Origin: Octopus bimaculoides
Lineage: Eukaryota
Direction of reading: 5' to 3'
Length of the DNA stretch: 64,000 bases
NCBI RefSeq assembly: GCF_001194135.2
Contig: NC_068983.1
Span: forward strand, 87,262,097 to 87,326,096
Both the position numbers and the translations under genes were made by a program. Under the pieces are notes generated by a model. It did not search any database and was not told the DNA's origin. It saw nothing but the letters and a program-made list of their open reading frames with translations. Below are positions 51,620 through 63,447 of the stretch, piece after piece. How positions within the stretch are numbered: position 1 is the first letter of the stretch; each line of letters starts with the position of its first letter.

Positions 51620-52640
51620 TTTTCCAAATTCACCTTGTTTGTATTCGCTATATTCTCCGTCAAAAACTTCCTGGAGGAAGAAGTTCTACTCATAGTTTTC
51701 TAGGCTCTCTGAGTTCAGTGAGATTGATGCAGTTGGTTCCTCTTGACGGAAGGAAAACGACTAGGCCTAGTGGTTAGTGTGAACCTGGGTGTGGAAGTAG
51801 ATACACCGTTGGTGACGAGAAGAGTAGAGACAAATGGGTCGCAAATATCTGAATGATGGTGTCACGAGACCAACTAGTTCCGATAAGTAGAGGCAATTAT
51901 AAATTGCGACAGAAAGAGGAAACACAAAAGACAACATACCTGTACGCCGGTGATCTGAATGCCATTATAAGCGACTACATCAGTCAGACAGCCCTTTTAG
52001 AGATGTGGTTTAGGATCCCTGCATGCGTAGAGCAGCATCACAGTCGAAAATGTGGGAGCAAATCCACTATTGTTGGTTTCAACATTTTGTAAAGGTTTAG
52101 CAGTTACTGAAGACCGAAGCAATTTCTGAAACAGTAGACAAGATCCAGTCTTTGTAACGCGATCTTTGTTATTCTGAGGTTGTAGTTTCGGCAGAAGAGA
52201 TCAGTGAGCTAGCATTGAGAGCTCGAGTCACTTGCTGTTTATATTTAGAGAGAAAGACGCGATTGTGTTTCCATGATATGTGTAGTGACTACGCCTCTGT
52301 GCTGTTAAATGAGGTAAAATTGGCCCGATACCACTGGATAATGTTTTCGAGATCTTTGGAGACAGAATCAGTGCAGATTTGGCATCAGGTGTTGAAGCTG
52401 CTTCATGTAGATGAAACTTGTGTGTAGAGGGTTAGAGAAGAATGAGAATTGGTATCACCTGCGTAGGAGTGTGTGTTGTTTGCGGTGATAGCAAATTGGT
52501 GGTTGATGAATAGGATGAAGAGTGTGGGAGATAAATCCGAGCCTTCAGTCACACCAGACTTGTATAGAGTGTGTCATACAGAGCTTTATCAGTAGACGCT
52601 GTGATGCTACCATCTGCACTGTATTTCACATTTAAAGAAA
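51620..52640 (-). mobile_element. Jockey/L2-group LINE RT fragment, degenerate
   Basis: SGVTEGSDLSPTLFILFIN..HSYAGD (decayed GVPQGS and YADD), WICSHIF; same group as 18620-19150. Confidence 0.75.
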
Positions 52641-53101
52641 AAGAAGAAAGAAAAATCTTACTCTGTGATAGTGCAATGTTTTCGGACCCGTCAAAACATG
52701 AATTATTTTATGTGCTGTATGTGCTCAGTATATTACTGGTTAACTTCGTGTATTGATCACTGAGCGAACTGGTCACTGCTGCTCAACTTAACATTATTAG
52801 TTTCAAAAGAAGCTTTGATGAATAATAGAAAACAAACAATTATTTTTCTGTTTGATCCTTATGACAATATGAATATGTAACGGTAATGTTTTTAGTTGAA
52901 GTCGAGGGTTACCAATTGTAATCGATGCCTGTTATGGTGCAACGTCGGAATTACCAATTGTAACGGTCAAACAATAATTGATAAACACTAGGATGGAACG
53001 TCGGAGTCGTCACCAATTTTAACGGCAAAGATTTATTGCAACGGCATATTGTAAGATGTAAAAGAGGAACAGTGATTGAAGTTTAAGAAATATTTTCTTA
53101 A

Positions 53102-53634
53102 GGGGGCCACATTTTTCATTAACGAAACACTTTGAAACTTGGAACACTGGTAGAATGTGTCATATAAAACATCTTTTTCTCTTAGTCTTCTTAAAAAAAA
53201 AAAAAGAAATCCAGAAGTTATTCCATGTTAAAGTTGTCGTATTTCTGTAATTTCAACCAATCACTGACGTCCATTCAGCCGATATACATTAAGTGCCGAC
53301 TACATAAACAAACGATTCTGAAACAATTAACCCTAACCCTGGGGTTAGGGTTAGGGTTAAAGCAAATTTAAAATGAAAAAAGCAAATAAAACGAAGGTAT
53401 GGAGATTAAATACGCTTTACATCGCTTAATCAGCCAAAGGAGTAAATATAAACAACTGAATACTTGTCAGTGATTGGTTGAAATTATCGAAATAAGACAA
53501 TTTTTTACATGAAATAAATTCGAATACAAAAATATTTTTCTTTTCTATAACACAAAATAGATAAGTATACGAAGTTTGAAAGTCTTTCCGTACCAAAAAC
53601 ACTATGTAAAACATTAATGAAAAATGTGGCCCCC
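53102..53634. mobile_element. 533-bp foldback MITE with head-to-head telomeric core
   Basis: TIR GGGGGCCACATTTTTCATTAA / TTAATGAAAAATGTGGCCCCC; inner arms TTTCAACCAATCACTGAC / GTCAGTGATTGGTTGAAA; centre TTAACCCTAACCCTGGGGTTAGGGTTAGGGTTAA (53327-53360). TSD unclear. Confidence 0.85.
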
Positions 53635-54266
53635 GTTTTAAAATAGATCCGAAAATATTTATTTACCGTTACTTCAATATATATGCAAAACGACGACAGG
53701 TTGGTATGTGTAACTAGTAAATGGAAAAGCATACGAGGTAATAAGAGTTAATTTCGGCCGGTATGTGTGTACACGATCTCATAGTAGTATATAGAGAGAG
53801 ATATAGTAATGTTACAGAGAAAAGAAAGTGAGTGAGTCGAGGGAAATTGTCTCGCATAGTCGCTGATTGTAACTTTCTTTTTCCCTCTGGCCGTTTGGTG
53901 TCTAGTGGCTGCCTGCTTGTGGCCATGACTCTAGTTGTCCGTTCACACTCACTGACTTTGGCTTACAGAATTCTTGTTTTTATAACTATCCAAAACTAAC
54001 CAGAAGGATAGACATATTGTTGAGAACAATGGATTTTGTTGGAGGTCTGTTATCTCCATTTCAGCCCTGGTGGGTTAGAAGGGTCAAGTGGCTAAGATAT
54101 TATTCTGGCTTAGCGAAGGCATCTGGTAAATATAACTGCTGTCACTAACAGAAAAACTATTGTTCTACCATGAGAAAAGAGCTGTTGAACTGTTAAGTGA
54201 AATTTGGCGATCGAGGATCGAATCCACGCTATGCCTGCATGAAGCCACTACAAATATATTAATATA

Positions 54267-54716
54267 TACAAAAGTAACTCTGTAACAAAATCACATTAGC
54301 ATATGTAAGGTCGGCATCCAGTCTTGTATGCTTGTAGCAGAGAATATAATCTCAACAAGAAGGATTACTTGATTAAAGTTGAGGCAAAAGGGCAAACTGG
54401 CTATAAGAAGCTACCGAGTCTTCCATATCAACTGCTGAGCCATGTGTTTATTAATTTTTAGAGTTCCTCTTGTGCATAGTGTAAGACTTCTGTTGCTAAC
54501 TTGCAACTTCAATCATGAAGTTAAGTATTCAGGAACAATGCTTTTTAGAAGCTTGCTTTATAATTACATCATTCGCCTACAAGCAAAAACATTGATGAAA
54601 GCGTTGTCTGCTTGCTTTTGTACCATCTGTACAAAATAGTTACTCTTTCTCGTAGCATGACTCGGGTGCCGACCTTACATATGCTAATGCGATTTTGTTA
54701 CAGAGTTACTTTTGTA
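54267..54716. mobile_element. ~450-bp MITE with ~54-bp TIRs
   Basis: TACAAAAGTAACTCTGTAACAAAATC.CATTAGCATATGTAAGGTCGGCA and its reverse complement, in TA-rich flanks. Confidence 0.75.
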
Positions 54717-56398
54717 TGTATTAATATATCTTTGAGAGTTCTTTCCACTTGGATGTGTTGCCGCTTTTAGGCATCGGGTTTTAACAGTGTGCTTGGTTAT
54801 CTTTTAACAGACAGCTTAGCTTTGTATTTAATGCATCATTGATACAAAAAGAGAGAAACTACGTAGTAATTAAAAAGTTTGCTACCCTCTTTGAATTCAA
54901 ATGTTACGTTTTCTTTATGTAGGTATTACACTGTGCTACTTTAGCGTGTGATTTACAAGGGAGATTACTTTAGGTTACTTTTTAGTTTACTTCTTAATTT
55001 CTAAAAACCCATAAGATGTTGGCTAAAGATTTTTATAATGTCATCAGTGACGAGACGAAGGCATTTACTTTTTACAAGAAACCAGCACTAAATTCATATA
55101 ATTTCTTAAGAATAAGAAGGGTGTTACTTTAATGTGTGAGCTGCAACTTAAAGGGAGATTACTTTTTTTGTGTACAGAAAGTATAAAATTTTGTTTATCA
55201 GAAATCGCAACAGATTCAGAGTTCTTCGTACAGATACTTCTAAAAAAACGGAATAAAACTTTTAGAATACCTTTGATTATAGGTCTTTTCTATCAGCGTT
55301 AACCTTCGACTAAACAACAATACAGTAAATCATAGTATCGAATTATAATTAATTTACAAAGGTAAAATAGTCAGAGCGTCGGAAAATATTCTCTGCGATA
55401 TTTCTTCAGGCTCTTCCCGTTCAAGGTTCAAATCCTGCTTTTCATCCCTCCAGAGTCAATGAAATAAAGAACACGTCTAGTACAGAGGTGAAATGGTATC
55501 TACTAGCCCTGTTCCCTCAAAACTGTTGTTTTTTATTTTTTCATCTTTTCAAAATGATGGGGGGAAGCTTTTTATGAAAAAAATTCATGAAAATTTATGA
55601 TTTTTTCCATCCCCTCATCCGGACCGAATATGACCACTTGTTCTTGCACTACACGAAAATGTATCAGGAAGTTCGTAGGATGTACTAGAAACAACAGCTA
55701 AATCTCTCTTAAGTCATGCACCTTTTCTTCTGAAAATATTTTGGAAATTTTTTTCTTTTTTTTTACCGAAAGACTTTCCCCATTATTTGTAAGTGCCCCC
55801 TCCTCTAAATTGGCCAAAATCGCTCCGGATGGATTTGAGGATATGAGGGGGGAAATCATAAAGCTTCAAAAATTTCCCCTATTTCGAAGGTCGTGGTAAA
55901 AAATAAGAAATCTGAAAACTCCCCGTCAAAACAGAGAAAATCCAACTTATGTAGGCGTCCTGATCCGAAATTCTACCAAGGGTAGAGAACTTTTTGCTAG
56001 CATTCGTATCTCAATCCGCCTGCCGAAAATCTATATGAAAAACAGTTTAACTCTTAAAACTACTACTTTTCTATTCTAGGCACAAGGCCCGAAATTTTTG
56101 GTTAGATCGACCCAGTTCGCAACTGGTACTTAATTTATCGACCCCGAAAGGATGAAAGGCAAAGTCAACCTTGGAGGAATTTGAACTCAGAATGTAAAGA
56201 CAGACAAACTGCGTATATCTGAATTTGTAAAATTAAAGATTCATTATTGTTTTCGACACGAATGTATCACGATATGTTTATTATTCATGCAATTCGTCCT
56301 TGCTGTAACAGTCGCTCGGCCTATATAAAGCAGCTAAATCTCGCTCAAATTGTAGCTTACTATTTTTAAAAAGAGAAGAAAGTAGATAGTATAGTCCT

Positions 56399-56773
56399 GT
56401 TGTTAGCACTCCGTCGCTTACGACGTCGAGGGTTCCAGTTGATCCGATCAACGGAACAGTCTGCTCGTGAAATTAACGTGCAAGTGGCTGAGCACTCCAC
56501 AGACACGTGTACCCTTAACGTAGTTCTCGGGGATATTCAGCGTGACAAGGCTGACCCTTTGAATTACAGGTACGACAGAAACAGGAAGTAGGAGTGAGAG
56601 AAAGTTGTGGTGAAAGAGTACCGAAGGGCTAGTCACCACCACCCTGCCGGAGCCTCGTGGAACTTTAGGTGTTTTCGCTCAATAAACACTCACAACGCCC
56701 AGTCTGGGAATCGAAACTACGATCCTATGACCGCGAGTCTGCTGCCCTAACCACTGGGCCATTGCGCCTCCGC
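56399..56773 (-). mobile_element. Young tRNA-derived SINE with 11-bp TSD
   Basis: Head GGAGGCGCAATGGCCCAGTGGTTAGG..TTCGATTCCC on - strand; TSD AGTATAGTCCT at 56388-98 and 56774-84. Confidence 0.9.
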
Positions 56774-58069
56774 AGTATAGTCCTAGATACTTCTAAAAAG
56801 CACTTCATGGCTGGAATTCCTTTGATCATACGACTAGTCACTCAGAGAGATGTGAAGCTAAGCAACAAGATATTTGGATTACAATTCCATACTTAGAAAT
56901 TGCTCGCTTATACAGATTTTATTATTGAATCTAAGTTAGCGAAAATTTTATGAGGTCCGACTTGAGGACAAAACCTCAAGATTGATAGATAGAGACACAA
57001 CCGATTACGTCGACCTCCATCCTCGCTATAAACCTGATACTTATTGAAAATATAAATTCTGTTGAGGTTTAGAACTATAATGCAGAGGAGGGGTGGAGCA
57101 TGATTTTGAAGGACATTTACAAAAACCCAGTAAAAATACAAATTAATAATAATTTGATGCTATAATTTACTTCAGAAGAAATTTAAACAAACATTTTGAG
57201 TATAAATTATGTATAGGTTGTTTTTTCTTTTATACGATCTCTTTGTGTTCAAAAAAAGAGGTGCGGTCAGTTTCAATACTTATATTAGGATCTTGCCTAG
57301 AACTGAGCTGCACCTTTCTTGCGGAGGCATTGTACATACAGCCACTGTTATTAATGGCGTGGGTAAATTGGACAAATCAATTTGCGTAAATAACATATTC
57401 TTGGCAGCTAGCCCGATTACTGAATTACTTACACGTTAGCAATGTTATATTTGAGTGTAATAATGTTCTATTGTTCACACAGTTTTTGTGGAAAGACAAG
57501 TTGCTTGTATCTGACCAATGTTTAATATACATCTACACTGTCGGCTGTCTATAGATTTAAAGATTTACTCTATAGGCCATTGTAGTTTCATAATATAATA
57601 CTGTTACCGATTTACTGAATCTTTTAATGATAGTGGCAATGTTTCTGGGAAATGAGGGTATTCAATTGTTAATGAGATTCCAATGTAAGAATCGAAATCA
57701 ATGTAGCTGATTTCTCTCTTTTCTGCCCACAAAGAGTTTTTTTTGAAAAGACAAGCTGTTCACATATATCCTGCTTCAGTTGCATATGCAGTGTTGATTA
57801 TAATATATAGATTTACAGTATTTTGTAATACATTAATCGCATCAAAACAGTAGTTAACGCATCCGTAATTTTATAATTCTCACCGCTTTTAAGAGAGAAC
57901 TATAATCAATTATAATAGTAAAAATACCATTCGCATTTAGGAATGCTTTATATTCCTATCATGTATTGGGAATCTACTTGGTACATGATAGGTAATTTAC
58001 TGATCCCGGAACCATGAAAAGCAAAGTCGACATCGGGAAGATTTGAGCTCAGAACATAAAGGATCTTAC

Positions 58070-58700
58070 CTTTTTCAGCGTCTTATTCCGTTTAATTTCG
58101 AATGCAGTAACTCTCATCTACACCGCAACATTAAGGATGTGTGATAGCGCGACAATCATTAACAGTGACATCTCATTAAGTGGCATTTGGTTTTAGCGCA
58201 AGCGCAAAGCGTGAGTCCATTGGTACTCTTCCCATCATCCTTAGATAATGCCATTGACTCAGAATTGAGAGGATACTTAACTGTGTTTGTTTATCTTGTT
58301 GTAGTGAGCAAAACGACGAACATTCAGTCGATAATCCGCTAAAAGCTCCTGTACCGAGGGGTTGGTCACGCTGACACGCCATTCTTCCGCACGAATCGGC
58401 CCCCAACTACGAGAGCAATGGAAATGCAGAGTTTATCCGGGCTAAGTGAATCACCGATGTCTGCCACAGGCAAAGTGTCAACCCAATCTCCAGAAAATTT
58501 GGAACGTGCAGAAAATAAGAGACACCTTGAATACTTATTAAAGAGTCGAAAACATAAGAAACATTTACGTAAACCCTTGAATCATTTGGCCAACGCAGCT
58601 TGGGTAAGAAATTTTGAAGCGAGTTTAACATTGACCACACTTTCGAGTTTCTCACGAGATCGTCAAAAAGTTGCAAGGATGTCTAGAATCTAAACGAGGG
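58070..58700 (-). mobile_element. CRE-like (R2-group, restriction-like endonuclease) non-LTR retrotransposon C-terminal remnant
   Basis: SARSKFSGDWVDTLPVADIGDSLSPDKLCISIAL and ESMALSKDDGKSTNGLTL..DVTV match the recalled SGDWL.ALP...G..L....RIA.ALRLG and EP..L...DGKRPDG.TL.PW..WDVT patterns. Confidence 0.7.
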
Positions 58701-59649
58701 ACTAGACTTCAGTTTGCAAACTAACTTATGGATCAGTAAATAATTTCTAAGATTAAAAAGCTTTGATGAAGCTCAATTACATCAAGGTCTTTGAGTAGCT
58801 ACTTAAGCTTTGACGTTTTGGTTCCAAAGTAAGATAAAAAAAATTGAAGAGGTCATCTATAAGATATCGGGGGCGAATATCATTAGTTCAGGGAGTAAAC
58901 AGTGCAGATTGATAACTTATGTTTATTCAGATTCTATTTCTGATATAGTTGTCGTAAGTTTTAGTTAAAACAGTTTTAAGTGCAATACACGAGCGAGCCT
59001 CTGAATATTGGGTGTGTGGGAAATTATAATACCATTTTAAAAATTTGTTGTCACTCTTCCGTTGAAATTATTATTTTTTTGGCTTTTTTCATAGTTAGGG
59101 CGGAGATCACGTGATGCCATAACGCAGTAGTCGTGATTCTGCACGCTTTCGTGGACGTTCCCTCATCCATAAACATATTGTTTGACATTAATTTATGCTG
59201 ACTAATATGAAAGTAAATTGTCACGCAACGTTTATATAACATAATGGACATGATATTGAAACTGGTGTTTACTGTGAACAGTGTACGACTAACAAAAGTT
59301 AACAGATCTCTATTTAATATCAGAAACAATTTAACTAGACTGAGACTAATTACAAAATCTTAACTAGATTAATCGCTGGCAATAAAAGGAAACAATAGTC
59401 AATGGGAACAAACAACAAAAGGTGATTTTTCGGGCAAGGCAGCGAGCAATTTTTGAAGGGTATAGTTACTGGTAGTGGTTCTATTGGCCTGAACAACGGT
59501 GGAAAACTAGGGCAACCTTAATGGGATTTGATCATAGAATTTTATGTCTTCATTATCAAGAAAGGAAGATAATAGTATTGGACAAAAACAGCTTTAAAAA
59601 ATGCCTCTCCACAACCCTCTACTGAGTTTTTAGTAGAGGCTTAAAATTT

Positions 59650-60223
59650 TGGCACAAGGTCAGAGAAGGGGAAATCGATTACACAAAGCTCAGTGCTCAA
59701 TTGGTATTATTTTATTAATCTCGAAAGGATGCAAAGCCAATCTGACCTCGGCGCGATTTGAACACAGAAAGCAATAAGTCGGGAAAAATACCCAAAGCAT
59801 TTTATCCGAAGCGCTAACGATTTTGGCAGCGTGCTGCCCTAAAGGTTTCATATTTTGGCACAAGCCAGTAACTTTGAGGATGAAAGCTAGAGTCGACCCT
59901 GGCAGAATTTGAGCCCAGAATGTAAAGGTGGACGGAATGCCGCCAAGCATTTAGCCTGGTGCGTTAACGATTCTGCCAGCTCGCAGCCTTAATAATAATA
60001 ATCATCTTTTTTACTATAAGCGCAAGGCCTGAAATTTGTAGGGAGGAGGGGCAGTCGATTAGATTGACCTCTGTACACAACTGGTATTTAATTTATCGAC
60101 CCCGAAAGGATGAAAGGCGAAGTCAACCTCGGGGGATTTGAACTTAGACAGTAAAGAAGGACGAAATGCCGCTAGGTATTTTACTCGGTGTGGTTATGAT
60201 TCTACCAGCTCGCCACCTTCTTG

Positions 60224-60224
<1 letters not shown>
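59650..60224 (-). mobile_element. Second head-to-tail array of the (TTA)n-tailed SINE
   Basis: Same unit as 51075-51600, with (TAA)n at the junctions. Confidence 0.85.
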
Positions 60225-60264
<40 letters not shown>

Positions 60265-61544
60265 CACTAATTCTTGTTTAATGGTCACAAGGGCTAATAT
60301 AAATTAAAAACATGTAAGGACAAAGACAGGACGAAGGGTACAAAGGGTTTTGTCCGAAAAGAAAACGTTCGTGTAAACAATAATAACAGCGAAAATATAA
60401 CAAATAAAACTCCCAATAGGGGGAGGCGCTTTGAAAGGTTACACGTGGAAAAACCCATAAAAGCCACGGGCGCCTGATCAGGAGGGCTAGAGAGCCCCTT
60501 CTCCTTTTATATTACCTTTTTTTACAGGTGTAACCTCAGAATTGGTCCGTTCATACCGGCCATTTTACCAACAGTCACCCACCTTTCAATAAATTTGCTA
60601 TGAGACAGCACTTCCCTCTCTACTCTCATCTTCCTTGTCAAGTGGAACTTGAAAAAGTTGATGAGGCCTTGGCCAAAGAGGAAAGTGTCTGACTTTAGCC
60701 CTTTCAAATGGGTCCACCATACCACCTCTTTCGCTACAGCTACTTGACAAAGGAAAATTGCCTTATCCTCCCGGTTAAAGGAGGTCGGCGGGTCAATCTT
60801 CACTATGGATAAAACTGATAGCCGGATCCGTCCTACACGCGACAGTAGCTGTTCGGCATAAACCCACAAGTCAGCAATACTCGGGTACTGGACGAGTGCG
60901 TGCAGAACGGTTTCGTCGTCTTGAGCGCACCCCGGGCAGGCCCGGCTGACGGCACTTCCGTGCCGGTAGAGTTTATCTCGAACAAGCAGCGCCCCTCGAT
61001 AGCACTGCCAGGCGAGGGACCTTTGGAAGTTATCCATGGGCCCCGGCCCGAAAGTTCTCCCGAACAGACTGTTTAGCTGATTATCGTCGACGCCTAGAGT
61101 TTCCCCGAGAACGTCGTCGCCCTTTTCCTCCACTAAGCCTCTATGGAACGCTGGAGTGGAACTACTACCGATCGCATTGCCCGCCTGGCTGAGGGCGGTG
61201 AGAATTTGGCGGCACTCGAGGTGCCAAGCGCCCTTTCTCGGTCTACGTTTGATCCAAGATTGCAGCTCTGTCAAAGAGACGAGCTGTGGAAAATCGTGTC
61301 CACGTCCAGGAAACGTTTAAGATGCCATAGCCTGAGCGCATGTTTGCGCATCAGCAACCACAGCATGCCAAGGCCTCCGTTCAGCGGCTGTTGACAGCAG
61401 ATGGAGCGCCTGACCAGTGGTACCTGACCCTTCCACAGAAAGTCGAAGAGTAAGCGCATCAGCTTGGTTAACCAGCAGTCGGGACAAGGAACGACGGGTA
61501 ATCGGTAATAGATGACGGATGCGATGTACGCATTCGCCACCTCC
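60225..61544 (-). mobile_element. 5'-truncated Tx1/L1-clade LINE with long (TTA)n tail
   Basis: EVANAYIASVIYYRL, FLWKGQVPLVRRSICCQQPLNGGLGM, AWQCYRGALLVRDKL, CPGCAQDDETVLHAL; (TAA)n on both sides. Confidence 0.9.
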
Positions 61545-62507
61545 AATGATAATAGTAATAATAATCTGCTTGTTCGTTCGTTCATACGTTACACTATGGT
61601 TTGTTTGAAAGATGAAGAAGGAGAGTGAGTGAGAAAGCAGATAACCAGTGGTTGCATTGCGCTGTCACTTTCGGTATTAGTGGAAGTGAGGGGTGAAAAG
61701 GAAGAGAAAAAAAGAACTGTTAACATGAAGAAGGGAATCAGATGGTTAAAATGTTTGTTGAGTTAAGTGGTAGAGAGGAGAGAAGAGAGACAGTGCTTAG
61801 CAGCGGGAAATTTTATAATATAATATATTATTATGAATGGACGTGAAAAAACTTAGCAAAATAGCCGTGAGTGTTATTTTTTAAAAATTTGCAATGGAAT
61901 TGAAACTAATCATGTAAATAAAAACATTGTGTATATTCTCTATGTCGTTTTGTGCACATCAATAGTATATAATGTAAAGTAATTATGATGAAATATTGCA
62001 TAATAAGGAATCCGCAGTAATATATTGATCTTGCAGTCTCAACCGAATTAAACACTAACGAATGATATGTGTACTAAGCATTGTATAAATTGTCAATGTA
62101 TATTTTTGCATTATTTATTGCACACGCAACAAGATTTATATGCAATAAAATGCATATCCTTTCTTTCTTAAATAACTCCTTTCAACTTTTTTTCCATTCC
62201 GTAGAATTTCCACGGGTCCCGCAAGTAATAATAATTCTTTCTACTATAGGCACAAGTCCTGAAATTTTGGGAGGGGTAAATTAATTTCCTCGACCTCAAT
62301 TCTTTATTTATTTCATCAATCCCAATTCTGTACTTATTTCATCGACCCCGAAAGAATGAAAGACAAGTCAACCTAATAATGAAGGTCAAAAGAATAAGAA
62401 TGATCAACTTTATCAAGATCCTATCATACAGCATGTACGGTATTTTGTGTTGTCTAGATCATTGCCGTTGCGATATCAAAAGTTACAAATGTTATATCAC
62501 CAGTAGT

Positions 62508-62855
62508 GTGGAGGCGCAATGGCAGCGGACTCGCGGTTTCGATTCCAAGACCGGGCGTTGTGAGTGTTTATTGAGCGGAAACACCTAAAGCTCCACGAGG
62601 CTCCGGAAGGGGATGGTGGCGAATCCTGCTGTACTCCTCCACCACAACTTTCTCTCACTCTTACTTCCTGTTTCTGTTGTGCCTGTAATTCAAAGGGTCA
62701 GCCTTGTCACACTGTGTCACGCTGAATATCCCCGAGAACTACGTTAAGGGTACACGTGTCTGTGGAGTGCTCAGCCACTTGCACGTTAATTTCACGAGCA
62801 GGCTGTTCCGTTGATCGGATCAACTGGAACTCTCGACGGAGTGCCAACAACAACA
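62508..62855 (+). mobile_element. Young tRNA-derived SINE with 12-bp TSD, inverted relative to 56399-56773
   Basis: TSD ATCACCAGTAGT at 62496-62507 and 62856-62867; (AAC)n tail. Confidence 0.9.
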
Positions 62856-63403
62856 ATCACCAGTAGTTTAAAAAAAGTTACGCAAACGGTTACGGGAATA
62901 GTTTTGATGATGATGGTGGTCTCTCGTAGTCCGAGAAAGACGGTTCTGCAATTTCTTGCTGGACAACTTGCGCAAATAATTCGTTTATAGTGACCAAATG
63001 TTTGTCCTGAACATTAGCTCACTCCCTCCGTTAAATCAACGCTATCTGAATGGGTGCACGGTGTACCACTCGTCAGGTGTCGAAGTGACCGCAGAGTAAC
63101 GTGAGAGATGTTTTGCTCAAGACCTTAACGCACTACCCGGTCCAGGAACTGAAACTACGACCTAGCAATCGTGAATGCAATACCCTAACCACTAAGCCAT
63201 GCGCCCTCACATGGGGAAAAATCTTAAACACTCTTTATCTCACTACGAAACTTAGTTTTTATCATATCATCTAAAAGTTAGACTATATGATAAGCATAAT
63301 ATAATAAGGGCAAACCCTTTAGTATTTGAATGAGGTAACAGATCAGTCTCCCCTATTTAACCTCTGACCTGTTCGCCACTAGTATTTTACTCTACGATTC
63401 CGC

Positions 63404-63404
<1 letters not shown>

Positions 63405-63442
<38 letters not shown>

Positions 63443-63447
63443 AACAC
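63405..63447. repeat. (CT)n(CA)n microsatellite
   Basis: Directly visible. Confidence 0.9.

Noticed and set aside
56700-56773. tRNA-like sequences (also 13737, 62508, 63170-63210)
   Set aside because: They are SINE heads followed by SINE bodies and tails, with no complete cloverleaf.
58418-58693. + strand 91-aa ORF with a GTAAGA donor
   Set aside because: It is the antisense of the CRE-like retrotransposon remnant.
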